Shown in pieces: positions 39,059 through 49,400 of a stretch of 64,000 nt of DNA. The stretch's first letter is position 1; each line of letters starts with the position of its first letter. Source of the DNA: an uncultured Pseudomonadota bacterium (GTDB lineage: Bacteria; Oederibacteriota; Muellerivitia; Muellerivitales; Muellerivitaceae); NCBI GenBank assembly GCA_963770835.1, contig CAVYRH010000008.1, positions 64,001-128,000 on the forward strand, given 5' to 3'. The notes below the pieces were generated by a model. It saw nothing but the letters and a program-made list of their open reading frames with translations, searched no databases and was not told the DNA's origin. The position numbers and the translations under genes are program-made.

Positions 39059-39430
39059 TCAAATGCGCAAGGGAGGAGCGGAACAACTGGGATGAACTGG
39101 TACAAACCGTGGATTAAATAAGGCGCCGTTTTTTTCATCCCCTTCCGGATTGGTGGGTTTTAAGGAAACCCTTGAATCCGAATAAGGCCTAGGGGGATTG
39201 TGGAATTTTGAATCGAATTCTTTGGCTTGGGCGTCAAGTAAATGAATCAGGGTTTTTCCAAAACGCCGGCCTTGGCCGGTGTTGGAAAAAGAAGCTTGTG
39301 AAAATAAGCGGGGACAGTGAAGGCTCAAGCTGAGAAGCTGCCGGCAGGCAAAGGGCATCAGGGTCGCCGCCAGGAGACCCGTTAGGAGAGTACGCCGTAA
39401 AAACACCCATCGTCCCATCCAGACACCCAT
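39059..39430 (-). CDS. LRI-stop small membrane-targeted protein C
   Basis: 123 aa; PFACRQL, FGK, KF.N shared with A/B; ends PLRI-TGA. Confidence 0.75.
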   Translation of the reverse strand: MGVWMGRWVFLRRTLLTGLLAATLMPFACRQLLSLSLHCPRLFSQASFSNTGQGRRFGKTLIHLLDAQAKEFDSKFHNPPRPYSDSRVSLKPTNPEGDEKNGALFNPRFVPVHPSCSAPPLRI

Positions 39431-39476
39431 CCTGCTTTACCCTTTTGTGGGAGCATTCATCAAAATAGTTTTCGAC

Positions 39477-40763
39477 TCACGTTTTCACGCTGCCGGCCGG
39501 TGTACCGTCCGAATTGAAAGTCTCAAAAGTGCCGTCCTTGAAGATCAATAAAATCTTCGTCGGCCCGGTGCCGGTACTGGAAAATTTCACTTCCTGTACG
39601 TTGGTATCCAGGTAAACCGGCTTGCCGGAGGCTTTTGAGTTATTCAGGTCATAAAGAAAAGCGTCTCCTGTGGCCGAAACCGCCACCTTGACCTTTCCAT
39701 CCTGGCTCACAAAATCAATTGGTTCGTTGGAGGCGTTCGCGGCGGAACCGTTGGGCTCGATATTGTTCGTTAGCTTTTGTTCCTGGTTGTCCCCGTAAAC
39801 CGGGCCGCCGTAATCATCTTGGTTGTAGGCTGAGGAGCCGTTGCCGTTGCCGGCGGAACCGCCGGCGTTGCCGTCGCCCTGGGCCGGAGTATATTGGCCG
39901 TTGTTGTAGACGTAAACGTTCGTGGTCTCGGGGTTCTGCCACCACCAGTTATTACCGTACCAATAGTCCCAGTTTCCATACCAGGGGTCGTACCACCACC
40001 AATTGCCGGCGTAATACTGGCTCCAGAAGAACCCCCCGCCGCAGTTCCAGCCCCACCAGCAATTTCCGAAGCGGTCGTAGTAGTTGCAATAGTTATAGCC
40101 GTTCCAAGAGTGCCATAAATATTGGTTGGTCCTTCCGGCGATCGGGGTGGTGGCGGCGACTTTGGCCATGAAATTCCGGTTACCCGCGATGGCGGCCATT
40201 TGGGTCCGAATCGCGGGGCTGTTCATTCCGCGAGGGGAAACCACAGAAGAAGAAAAAGACCGGCCTGCGGGCCCTTGGCTGGGCAGCCCCGGCGCGGAAT
40301 GACTGAGATTGTGAGAAAGCATCGCCGAGGAAGACAGCGGCCGGGGAATGCTGGTCACTCCCATGCGTTGCAGGTTCTGCGGAACGACATTGGAATGATA
40401 AGTGTTGGAGCCGTTGTAACGGGAATTCGTGGAGAAATTGAAATGGTGGAAGGTCCCGCTTCCCTGGTAGGACCCATTGCCGCGGTAGCCGCGGTTGTAA
40501 TTGTAGGTGCGGCCTGAGGACCGGTAATAGGCCCTTCCATTGGAATAGTGTTGACCGTGATACACGGTGTCGTTGGAAGTGTTGGAACCGGTGGACCCTC
40601 CACCGCCGCCAGCATTACCGCCACCGCCACCCCCTCCGCTGTAACCACCACCGCCGCCGGCGTTGCCGCCACCGCCGCCCCCGGACAATCCCTCGTTATG
40701 GGCCCAAACCAACCCGTAAGGAATCAATGCCAGGATCACTACCACCATTATTGTCTTTTTCAT
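39477..40763 (-). CDS. Secreted Gly/Asn-rich protein with Trp/Tyr/Cys-rich domain (paralog 2)
   Basis: Same architecture as 34037..35290; WHSWNGYNYCNY...DPWYGNWDYW; DAFL...KPVYLDT; GGAGG RBS. Confidence 0.85.
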   Translation of the reverse strand: MKKTIMVVVILALIPYGLVWAHNEGLSGGGGGGNAGGGGGYSGGGGGGGNAGGGGGSTGSNTSNDTVYHGQHYSNGRAYYRSSGRTYNYNRGYRGNGSYQGSGTFHHFNFSTNSRYNGSNTYHSNVVPQNLQRMGVTSIPRPLSSSAMLSHNLSHSAPGLPSQGPAGRSFSSSVVSPRGMNSPAIRTQMAAIAGNRNFMAKVAATTPIAGRTNQYLWHSWNGYNYCNYYDRFGNCWWGWNCGGGFFWSQYYAGNWWWYDPWYGNWDYWYGNNWWWQNPETTNVYVYNNGQYTPAQGDGNAGGSAGNGNGSSAYNQDDYGGPVYGDNQEQKLTNNIEPNGSAANASNEPIDFVSQDGKVKVAVSATGDAFLYDLNNSKASGKPVYLDTNVQEVKFSSTGTGPTKILLIFKDGTFETFNSDGTPAGSVKT

Positions 40764-40816
40764 GAAACCACCTCCGGTAAAGCCTTCCCCACGCCGTCTA
40801 CTTTGAAATCCTTACA

Positions 40817-40850
40817 CTATTTTGACGTTTCAAAGGGGTAAAAAGGTCCC
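40817..40850 (-). promoter_or_regulatory. ECF-sigma-like promoter
   Basis: GGGACC-N17-CGTCAAAATAG; same spacing and TTTTTAC spacer as the 35350-35383 site. Confidence 0.6.
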
Positions 40851-40940
40851 TGCCTAAGGGGCATAACAACAATCCGTCCCTCGAAACGCCGGTTTTAACC
40901 ATCCAACCAACACTCAATCCTCTGAAAATCGAATATATAC

Positions 40941-41615
40941 TCAATTTTCAGTTTCTTCGGAAATGATCCCCTCCGCCGCATCCAATAATCTCAAGGGCTC
41001 AACACACAAGGGATAATCCGTATCGAAAAAAGCGCATCGGATGATCCCTTGGGAGCTGATTCCGTATATCGCCGGAACCGGAAGGACATAAAGGGTGTTG
41101 CCCGTGTATTCCCTTAAATGAATCCCCGCCCTTCGAAGAGTTTTCGGGTTGATCTGGAAAGCCAATCCGAACCTTCTCGTGACATCCATAATTCTATCGC
41201 AAAACAAGGGAAAGTTGAGGTGGTCCCGGTCCTCCGTCTCCTGGAGCTTTGCGGGTTCATCCGGCGAAACGGCGAGGACTTGGAATCCAAGACGGGCCAG
41301 GCGGGGCTCAATCCCGGCTAATTGCTCCAACTGTTCATTCGCGAAAGGAGACCATCCTCCCTGGTAAAAGAGGATGAAAGTACTCTTCCCGCGAACCAAT
41401 CCCTCGAAATCCACCGCTTTCCCATCAGTGGACCTTAAAGTCCCGAAAGGCAGGTCATCCCCGACGCCAAGTGGAACTACGGACTGGGGGCTATGGGCAA
41501 TCATCTTTTTCGGCTCCACCCCGCCCCACATTCCATCTCCATCCCTTGCCAGGGCCCCGTTGGCCACGCCCATGAAAACGAAAAGGAAGCAGGCCGTATA
41601 AATTTTTATTTTCAT
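40941..41615 (-). CDS. Exported AhpC/TSA (peroxiredoxin-like) protein lacking CxxC
   Basis: VGDDLP, FYQGGWSPFANEQL, VLAVSPD, LPVPA. Confidence 0.85.
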   Translation of the reverse strand: MKIKIYTACFLFVFMGVANGALARDGDGMWGGVEPKKMIAHSPQSVVPLGVGDDLPFGTLRSTDGKAVDFEGLVRGKSTFILFYQGGWSPFANEQLEQLAGIEPRLARLGFQVLAVSPDEPAKLQETEDRDHLNFPLFCDRIMDVTRRFGLAFQINPKTLRRAGIHLREYTGNTLYVLPVPAIYGISSQGIIRCAFFDTDYPLCVEPLRLLDAAEGIISEETEN

Positions 41616-41716
41616 CCCAACCTCCCGGCCCCCGGACGAACCCGGCGTCGTTCCCCAAACCCTCCATTATTCATATTCAAAATCCGAACAATCTGTTTCA
41701 ACCCTGTCCGCTTTAG

Positions 41717-43198
41717 TTATTTTACCGCGTCGGACGTTCCGCCCCCTAAAAGGTACTTCTCCCCCATCGCCGATAAAAGTTGCGTTTTAGCCTCGGCCGT
41801 TTGAAGGCCGACGTTCACCATGTCTTTCAAGGCCTGCTGAAGGTCCGAAAGGGGCCCCAGGAAGGCCAGGTATCTCTGGCGGGCCAGGGCCGCGGCCTTT
41901 TGAGCCTGATCCTGTTCCACCGACAAGGTTGCCAGGTCCTCGCGGGCCTCTTGCATTTGTTCCAGGTAGCGGACGTTTAAGTCGTCCAAAACCAGCTGGT
42001 CGGCGGAAACCTCTGCTTGCCGGGCCTGAGTCTCCGCCCGCGCCGCCTTTTCCTGGGCGTCGATGCGGAAGCCCTCGAAAATCGGCAGGCTGACACCCAC
42101 GAACAAGGAATAGTCCTGGGAGCCCACCAGGCGGGTATCGCTTAAATAGCCGGCGCCCCCGGCCACCTCCAAAACCGGGAGGTTCTCGGCGGAATACTGG
42201 GCAGTCGTCTCGTTGGCGGATTTGGTTTCCAATTCCGCTCCCGCCACCAGGGGATTCATCCCCGGCACCGTCAGGTTCGCCAGGTCCGCTTCCGACAACT
42301 CGGAGGGCGCGGGGCAGGAAATGCCCTTGGCGTCCAGCCCCGTCAAGAGAGCCAGGCGTTCCAGGGTTGCTTGGTACTGGCGGTTGAAGTCCGAGGCCTT
42401 CATGGCCGCGTCGGCCAACTGGTCGTCGATCAAATAGCCCTGCACTTGCGAGTACTGGCCGTTACGGACGAACCGAGCCACGGTGGTCTTGATGCCGGTG
42501 AGTTCATCGGCCAGGGCCTGCCACGCGTCCCGCTCCCCCCTTTGCCGCACCGCCTCCAGGTAAAGGCCCAGGGCATGTTCGTCCACCAGCTCAGCCTGGA
42601 ATTTCGTCCTTTGCCGGCTGGCGTCGTATTCGTAGTGGGCGGCGGACGACTGGTGCCAGATGGATAAGTCCAGGAGATCCCATTTGGCGTAGGCCCCGGC
42701 GGCGGCGCCCTGGCGGTAAGGAGAGGCCACCAGGCCTGGAAAACTGTTCAATCCGGAAGTGCCGAAACCCGAGGCCGATCCCGGGAAGCCGGTGGAATCC
42801 ACCGCATCAGCCCCCAGGTCCGGGTAAAAGCCCGAATCCGCGACCCGGGAGAATTCCCGGGCTTCGTTTTCGCGCGACGCGACGGCCTGGAGGGCGGGGC
42901 TTGTTTTTTCCGCCAGGCGCATGGCTTCGCCCAGGGTCAGGACTTTCCCAGGATTCTCCTGTGCGGTGGCAATCAACGGCAAAAGCAAAAAGAAGATTCC
43001 ACCGCCAAGACGCCAAGACGCCAAGAAAAATCTTTTCTTAAAAAACACACAATATCTAAAAACATGGTTTCGAAAAAATTCAACAAGGGATTCTGTTTTA
43101 GTTTTGAATTTTCGCCTCTCTTGGCGTCTTGGCGTCTCGTGCTTTTTACTGCCCTTGGCCGAAGGCCAATGGGTGGCGGTAGCTGTTGTCTTTCTCAC
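41717..43198 (-). CDS. TolC-family outer-membrane factor
   Basis: LTLGEAMRLA, FYPDL, NLPVL, GVSLPIFEG, ARQRY..G; overlaps the RND stop (GTGA); start uncertain. Confidence 0.85.
   Translation of the reverse strand: MRKTTATATHWPSAKGSKKHETPRRQERRKFKTKTESLVEFFRNHVFRYCVFFKKRFFLASWRLGGGIFFLLLPLIATAQENPGKVLTLGEAMRLAEKTSPALQAVASRENEAREFSRVADSGFYPDLGADAVDSTGFPGSASGFGTSGLNSFPGLVASPYRQGAAAGAYAKWDLLDLSIWHQSSAAHYEYDASRQRTKFQAELVDEHALGLYLEAVRQRGERDAWQALADELTGIKTTVARFVRNGQYSQVQGYLIDDQLADAAMKASDFNRQYQATLERLALLTGLDAKGISCPAPSELSEADLANLTVPGMNPLVAGAELETKSANETTAQYSAENLPVLEVAGGAGYLSDTRLVGSQDYSLFVGVSLPIFEGFRIDAQEKAARAETQARQAEVSADQLVLDDLNVRYLEQMQEAREDLATLSVEQDQAQKAAALARQRYLAFLGPLSDLQQALKDMVNVGLQTAEAKTQLLSAMGEKYLLGGGTSDAVK
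43003..43141. repeat. Inverted octamer repeats (CGCCAAGA)n inside the 5' end of the TolC ORF
   Basis: CGCCAAGA x3 at 43003-43026 facing TCTTGGCG x2 at 43119-43134 across an AT-rich spacer. Confidence 0.75.
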
Positions 43199-46100
43199 TT
43201 CGAATCCTCCTTGTAGTAGGCGCTGTGGGGATCCTGGGGATCCAAGGACGCCGTGTGTGCGGCCTTATTCTGGTGCCAAAGGGCGTAAATGACCGGCATA
43301 ATCAGAAGCGTCGTGACCGTGGAGCCGCAAAGGCCCCCAATAACCCCCCGGGCCAGGGGCGCGCTTTGCTGGCCGCTGTCGGAGAGGCCCAGCGCCATGG
43401 GAATCATGCCCACCACCATGGCGATGGCCGTCATCAAAACCGGCCTCAGGCGGCTTTGGGCCCCGTACATGGAAGCCTCCCAGGAATGCCATCCCGCCAG
43501 CCGCGTCATATCCGCGAAAGTTACCAGGAGGATCGAGTTGGAAACCGACACTCCCACGGCCATGATGGTTCCCATGAAGGATTCGATATTCAGGGTCGAA
43601 CCCGTGAGGTAAAGAAGGGTCAAGGCCCCCGTGAGAACCGCCGGGACGTTGGAAAGAATGATGAGCGAGATGGGAAAGGACTCGAAGGTACCCGAAAGCA
43701 GCAGCAGCATGACCACCACCGCGAATAGCAGGCCGGCCGAAAGCCCTACAGTCATTTGTTGGAGGGTGGCCATCTGTCCCCGCACGTAGATCTGGACTTC
43801 CTTAGGCGCCGAGCGGCGAATAGGCTCCAGTACTTTATCCAAGGCCTCCGACGCGTGCCCCATGTCCAGCTTCCATAGATTACCGGTCACGCTGGCCATG
43901 CGGGCCATGTTGTAACGGTCGTATTCGGCCACTTCGGTGCCCGGTTTCACTTGGGCGAAGGTGTCCAAGGGCAAGGAGCCCTCGTTGACAGGGATAGGCA
44001 TTTTTTCCAGGTCCCCGACGGAATGAATGTCCCGTTCCGGCACTTCCACCTGCACTTGGTAATTCACGCCGTCCTTAGGGTCTTCCCAGTAATTCAACAG
44101 GGTGAAACGGCTGGACGAAGTCACGGGCACGAGGGCCCTGCCCACGTCGGTGACGTGCACGCCCCGGATACCCGCCTTTCGGCGGTTCACGTCCACGTCC
44201 AGGGTGGGGTATTCCCACGGCTGGCCGTATTGAAGGTCCCGGACGGAGGGGAGCGAGGCGGCCAGCGCCTGCTGGATTTGGGCGGCCACCTGCCGGTCGT
44301 GGTCCAGGTTTTGGCCGTTCACGTCCACCTCCACCTGCGTGGGCGAACCCTCGCTCATGACCTTGTCAATGAGCCCGCTGGCCTCGAAGGAAACCTCCAC
44401 GTCGGGCAGTTCCCGCTTGAAGACCGTCCTCAGTTTTTCCGCCAGTTCGGCGGTATTGACCTTGGACTCCTTTTTAAAAGCCACCTGGAGAACGGCCTCT
44501 TGGGGTCCGGAGGTCCAAAGGAAAATGGTGTTGATGGCGTATTGGGTGGGCTGGATCCCCACATAAGCCAATGTGGTACGCAAGCTATCGGCCCCTGCGG
44601 CCTGTTTGATGAGGTCAATAGCCTTGAGCAGGATTTGCTCGGTCTTGTCGATATGGGTTCCGGTGGGCGCGCGCAGGCGGATTTGAAGCTCATGGCTTTC
44701 CACTTTCGGGAAGATTTCCCGCCCGACACGGCTTCCCACGGTGAGGATCACGGCGGCCGCCAACAAGCCATAGCCTCCAATGAACAACCACCGCTTTTTG
44801 AAGATAAACTCCAGGAGCTTGCCGTGGACCCGTTTCATCTTACTGATTACCGTGTTTTTCCCAGGCGCATGGCCCTTTTCCTTTTCCAAAAGCCAAGTTG
44901 CCAGGATGGGCACCAGGGTCATGGAAAGGAAAAAGGCCCAGATGATGGAAAACCCGACCGCGAGCGTCAACGGCACAAAAAGGGCCTTGGTGATTCCCCC
45001 CATGAAAAAGGCGGGGATGAACACGGCCACGATGCAAAGCATGGTCACCAGGGCGGGGCTGAAAATCTCGCTGGCGCCGTTCAAGGCCGCCTCGGGCAGC
45101 CTTTCCCCCTTTTCCATGCGCACGTGGATGTTTTCAATCGTGACGGTCGACTCGTCCACCAGAATGCCGATGGCCAAGGCCAGGCCTCCCAGGGTCATGA
45201 TATTGATGGTCTGGCCGGCGGCCTTGAGGCTGGCAATAGCGCCCATGACAGCCAAGGGAATATTGATGATCACGATGAGGGCGCTGCGCCAGTCACCCAG
45301 GAACAAGAGGACCATCAGCCCCGTCAGCAAGGCCCCCATGGCCCCCTCAAAGGCCAGGGAGGAGATGGAGTCCTTGACGGCGCCCGATTGGTCGAATTCG
45401 TAGCTTATTTTGATGTCGTCCGGCAGGACATTCTGGAACATAGGAAGGTGGTCCTTGACGTCCTTCACCACCGCGAGCGTCGAAGCGTCGGCGCGCTTCA
45501 AAACCGGAAGGTAGATGGTCCTTTTGCCGTTCAAGAGGGCGTAGCCCACCTGGATGTCGGTGGCGTCCTCCACGGTCCCGACGTCCCCGATGAAAACCGT
45601 CGGGTAAGTCCCCAGGCGGATGGGAACCTGGAGCAGCTCGTTGATGTCCCGGACGATGGAATTCATGGGCACGGCGGGATACATATCGCCGATCCTGACG
45701 TTCCCCGCCGGCTCGATCTGGTTGGATTTGGCCAGGGCCTGCACCACGTCCTCCGGGGAAAGGTTGTAGGCCTGGAGCTTCTTGGGATCCACCCGAATGA
45801 CGATGGACCGGGGGCTGGAACCGAAGGAGTCCGAAACCAAAAGGCCAGGCAGTGTGGCCACCATCGGGCGGACATAGTTGAGGGCGTAATCCTCGACCTG
45901 GCCCAAGGGGCGGGTTTCGCTGGAGAAAACCAGGTCCCCCACGGGCAGGTTGCCGCTGTCAAAGCGCAGGAGAAGGGGCGGAAGCGTCCCGGTCGGCATG
46001 TTCTTGAGGGCGCGCATGGAGCGGGACACCGCCTCGCCCATGGCCGCGGACATGTCGGTGTCCGGGTAAAACTCCAGCTTGACCAGGGTCATGCTCCCGA

Positions 46101-46404
46101 TGCTCTTGGAGGTGATGTTCCGGATACCGTTGACGTAGGAAAACTGTTTCTCGAAGTTATAAGCGATGAAACTCTCCATTTGGGCCGGATCCAGCCCGCC
46201 ATAAGGTTCCACCACGTAGATCTGGGGCGTGCCCAAGTGGGGAAAGATATCGAACTGCATGTTGAGAAGGGACCAGGCGGCCCCCAGGGCCACGGCCGCG
46301 GCCAGGACCATGATGGTGATGGGGCGGCGCATGGCCAGCTTGACCATCCAGACACGCAGGACGCGTTGGATCATCAACTTTTGAAGGTTCTTAAGGGTCG
46401 TCAT
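43195..46404 (-). CDS. RND efflux permease (AcrB/AcrD/AcrF family), paralog 2
   Basis: NIPLA, NIMTLGGLALAIGILVDE, LFVPL, RLRPVLMT, QQSAPLARGVIGGL. Confidence 0.95.
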   Translation of the reverse strand: MTTLKNLQKLMIQRVLRVWMVKLAMRRPITIMVLAAAVALGAAWSLLNMQFDIFPHLGTPQIYVVEPYGGLDPAQMESFIAYNFEKQFSYVNGIRNITSKSIGSMTLVKLEFYPDTDMSAAMGEAVSRSMRALKNMPTGTLPPLLLRFDSGNLPVGDLVFSSETRPLGQVEDYALNYVRPMVATLPGLLVSDSFGSSPRSIVIRVDPKKLQAYNLSPEDVVQALAKSNQIEPAGNVRIGDMYPAVPMNSIVRDINELLQVPIRLGTYPTVFIGDVGTVEDATDIQVGYALLNGKRTIYLPVLKRADASTLAVVKDVKDHLPMFQNVLPDDIKISYEFDQSGAVKDSISSLAFEGAMGALLTGLMVLLFLGDWRSALIVIINIPLAVMGAIASLKAAGQTINIMTLGGLALAIGILVDESTVTIENIHVRMEKGERLPEAALNGASEIFSPALVTMLCIVAVFIPAFFMGGITKALFVPLTLAVGFSIIWAFFLSMTLVPILATWLLEKEKGHAPGKNTVISKMKRVHGKLLEFIFKKRWLFIGGYGLLAAAVILTVGSRVGREIFPKVESHELQIRLRAPTGTHIDKTEQILLKAIDLIKQAAGADSLRTTLAYVGIQPTQYAINTIFLWTSGPQEAVLQVAFKKESKVNTAELAEKLRTVFKRELPDVEVSFEASGLIDKVMSEGSPTQVEVDVNGQNLDHDRQVAAQIQQALAASLPSVRDLQYGQPWEYPTLDVDVNRRKAGIRGVHVTDVGRALVPVTSSSRFTLLNYWEDPKDGVNYQVQVEVPERDIHSVGDLEKMPIPVNEGSLPLDTFAQVKPGTEVAEYDRYNMARMASVTGNLWKLDMGHASEALDKVLEPIRRSAPKEVQIYVRGQMATLQQMTVGLSAGLLFAVVVMLLLLSGTFESFPISLIILSNVPAVLTGALTLLYLTGSTLNIESFMGTIMAVGVSVSNSILLVTFADMTRLAGWHSWEASMYGAQSRLRPVLMTAIAMVVGMIPMALGLSDSGQQSAPLARGVIGGLCGSTVTTLLIMPVIYALWHQNKAAHTASLDPQDPHSAYYKEDSK

Positions 46405-46471
46405 GGGTGCACTTCCTTTCCCCGCCGGGGAACGCCCGACCGGAGGTTGGATGGGAAAAACCCACCCTTTC

Positions 46472-49400
46472 TCACTTCAACCGGCCCTCGTAAAAGGCGC
46501 TTTGGGGATCGATCGGGTCCAACGACGCCGTGTGGGTAGGTTTCTCATGGTGAACGATGGCATAGATGACCGGCATGATGAGCAACGTGGTGATAGTCGA
46601 ACCCAGTAGCCCCCCGATGACCGCCCGGGCCAGGGGCGCGCTCTGCTGGCCGCTTTCGGAAAGCCCCAGGGCCATGGGGATCATGCCCACGATCATAGCG
46701 ATGGCCGTCATCAAAACCGGCCTCAAGCGGCTATGGGCCCCATGAACGGCAGCCTTCCAGGAATGGACGCCCGATCGCCGCGTCAGGTCCGCGAAGGTCA
46801 CCAGCAGGATCGAATTGGAAACCGATACTCCGACGGCCATGATGGTCCCCATGAAGGATTCGATATTCAAGGTCGAGCCGGTGAGGTAAAGAAGCGCGAG
46901 GGCCCCGGTGAGGACCGCCGGAACGTTGGAAACCACGATGGCGGCAATTGGGAAAGATTCGAAACTTCCCGCCAAAAGCAGGAGGATGACGATGATGGCG
47001 AAGAGCAACCCCGCCGAGAGGCCACCCACCATGGTATCCAGACTCTTAACCTGGCCCTGTACCCGAATTTGGGTTCCCCGCGGCAGGCCTTCCCGGATGG
47101 GTTTCAAGGCTTTTTCGATTTTTTGATCGGCGTGGCCCAAGTCGATGCCGAAAAGATTGCTTGTGACGGTGGCCATGCGCAGCATGTTGTACCGGTCGTA
47201 TTCCGCCACGGCGGTCACGGGTTGGACCTCCGCGAAATTGTCCAACGGCAGGGATGCGCCGTTGAAGGAGATCGGAACCTTTTTCAACTGGTCGACGGAG
47301 GTGACCAGGTTTTGGGGGACCTCAACCTGCACCTGGTAATTGATGCCGCTATGGGTGTCTTCCCAGAAATTCAAAAGCGAGAAGCGGCTGGAGGAAGTGA
47401 CGGGGATGAGGGACCGCCCGATGTCCGCCACCTGCACGCCGCGCAAGCCCGCCTTCCGGCGGTCCACTTGCACCTCGACGGCCGGATAATCGAAAGGTTG
47501 GCCGTACTGGATATCCCTTAAACCCGGAATTCCCTCCAGTGCCTGTTTCACCCGGGCCGCCACTTGCCGGTCGGCGTCCAAGTCGTGCCCGCTCACGGCG
47601 ATTTCAATGGGTTTGGGTGAGCCCTCGCTCATGACCTTGTCCACCATACCGCTGGCCTCAAAGGAAATTTCCACCCCCGGCAATTGCTGTTGGAAAAGGG
47701 GCCTTAACTTTTCCTGCAGTTGGGCGGTCGATATCTTGGAATCCCCCTTCAGCTGTACCTGCAGGCTCGCCTCTTGGGGGCCGGAAGTCCAAAGGAAGAT
47801 GGAATTGATTGCGTATTGGGTAGGCTGGGTGCCCACGTAGCCCAAGGTCGTTTCCACGTTGTCCGCCCCAGCGGCTTGCTTGATAAGATCAATCACTTTA
47901 AGCGTGATCCGCTCGGTTTCGTCGATGGCGGTGCCGGTCGGGGCCCGGACCCGCAAGGCCAATTGGTGGCTATCCACCTGGGGAAAGATTTCCCGTCCGA
48001 TGAGGGTTCCCAGGCCCAAAATTGTGAGGACGGCCACGATAATATAGAGCCCTTGAAAGGGCCATCGGTACCGGTAAATGAATTCAAGGATGCGGCCATG
48101 GGCCCGCCGCAGCTTTTCAATGAAAGGCTCCTTCTCATCCTTGCCTTGGGACTTTTTCGCGCGTTGCCCGTGGCCTTGGGGCAAAAGCCAGGTAGCCAGG
48201 ATCGGCACGATGGTCATGGAAAGAAAAAAGGCCCAGATGATGGAAAAGCCGACCGCCAGGGTCAGTGGCACGAAAAGGGCCTTGGCCATACCGCCCATGA
48301 AGAAGGCGGGAATGAAAACCGCCAGGATGCACAACATGATGAGGAAAGCCGGGCGGAAAATTTCGCTGGCGCCGTTGATGGCGGCGGTGGCCAGGTTTTC
48401 ACCTTTCTCCAGGCGCACGTGGATGTTTTCGATGGTGATGGCGCTTTCGTCCACCAAAATGCCGATGGCCAAAGCGAGTCCACCCAGGGTCATGATATTG
48501 ATGGTCTGGCCCGCGATCTTCAGGCTGAAAATGGCCCCCATGACAGCCAAGGGGATGTTGATGATGACAATGAGGGCGCTTCGCCAGTCGCCTAGGAACA
48601 ACAGGACCATGAGCCCGGTCAGGAGGGCCCCCATCGCCCCCTCAAAGGCCAGGGAGCTGATGGAGTTCTTGACCGCGCCCGATTGGTCGAATTCGTACTG
48701 GACTTCGATGTCCTTCGGCAAAACGCTTTTGAAGAGCGGGATGCTGTTCTTGACCTCGTTGACCACCGTCAAAGTGGAAGCGTCCGAGTGCTTGGTGACC
48801 GGCAGATAGATGGTTCGCTTGCCATTCAAGAGGGCGTAGCCCACCTGGATGTCGGTGGAATCGGAAACCGTGGCGATGTCTTTGAGGAAAACCGTGGGAT
48901 AGGTCCCCAGCCGGATGGGCACGGTCAAGAGTTCGTCGATCTTTTCCACAATGGAATTCATGGGCACCAGGGGGTACTGGGTGCCGATTTCCAAGTTGCC
49001 GGCGGGTACAATCAAGTTGGATTTTGCCAGGGCCACCGCCACATCCTCGGGCGAAAGGCTGAACTGGCTCAGTTTACGTGGATCCACGTTGATCACGATC
49101 GTGCGGGGGGATGAGCCGAAGGGGTTGGGCGCCAAGATCCCGGGCAAGGTGGCCAACAGGGGTCTGACGTAATTGAGGGCGTAGTCCTCAATATCCCCTA
49201 GGTTGCGGCCGGGACTGGAGAAGACCAAATCGCCCACCGGCAAACTTCCGCTATCAAAGCGCAAGATGAGCGGCGGCAAGGTGCCCGCCGGCATGTTCTT
49301 CAAGGCCCGGCTGGAATAAGCCACCACTTCCGCCATGGCCGCGGCCATGTTAGTTCCGGCGTGGAATCGCAGCTTAATGATCGAAGTCTGGGCGATGCTC

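Noticed and set aside
33616..39430. LRI ORFs A-C as ordinary lipoproteins (P[LF]AC)
   Set aside because: Pro at -3 is a poor lipobox, D and E lack that Cys, and lipidation would not explain the shared C-terminus; not fully excluded.
43951..46539. 862-aa plus-strand ORF (also 182..931, 1498..2793, 5747..7297, 51883..53004 and similar)
   Set aside because: Antisense shadows of well-supported genes, expected in GC-rich DNA; no motifs or RBS.
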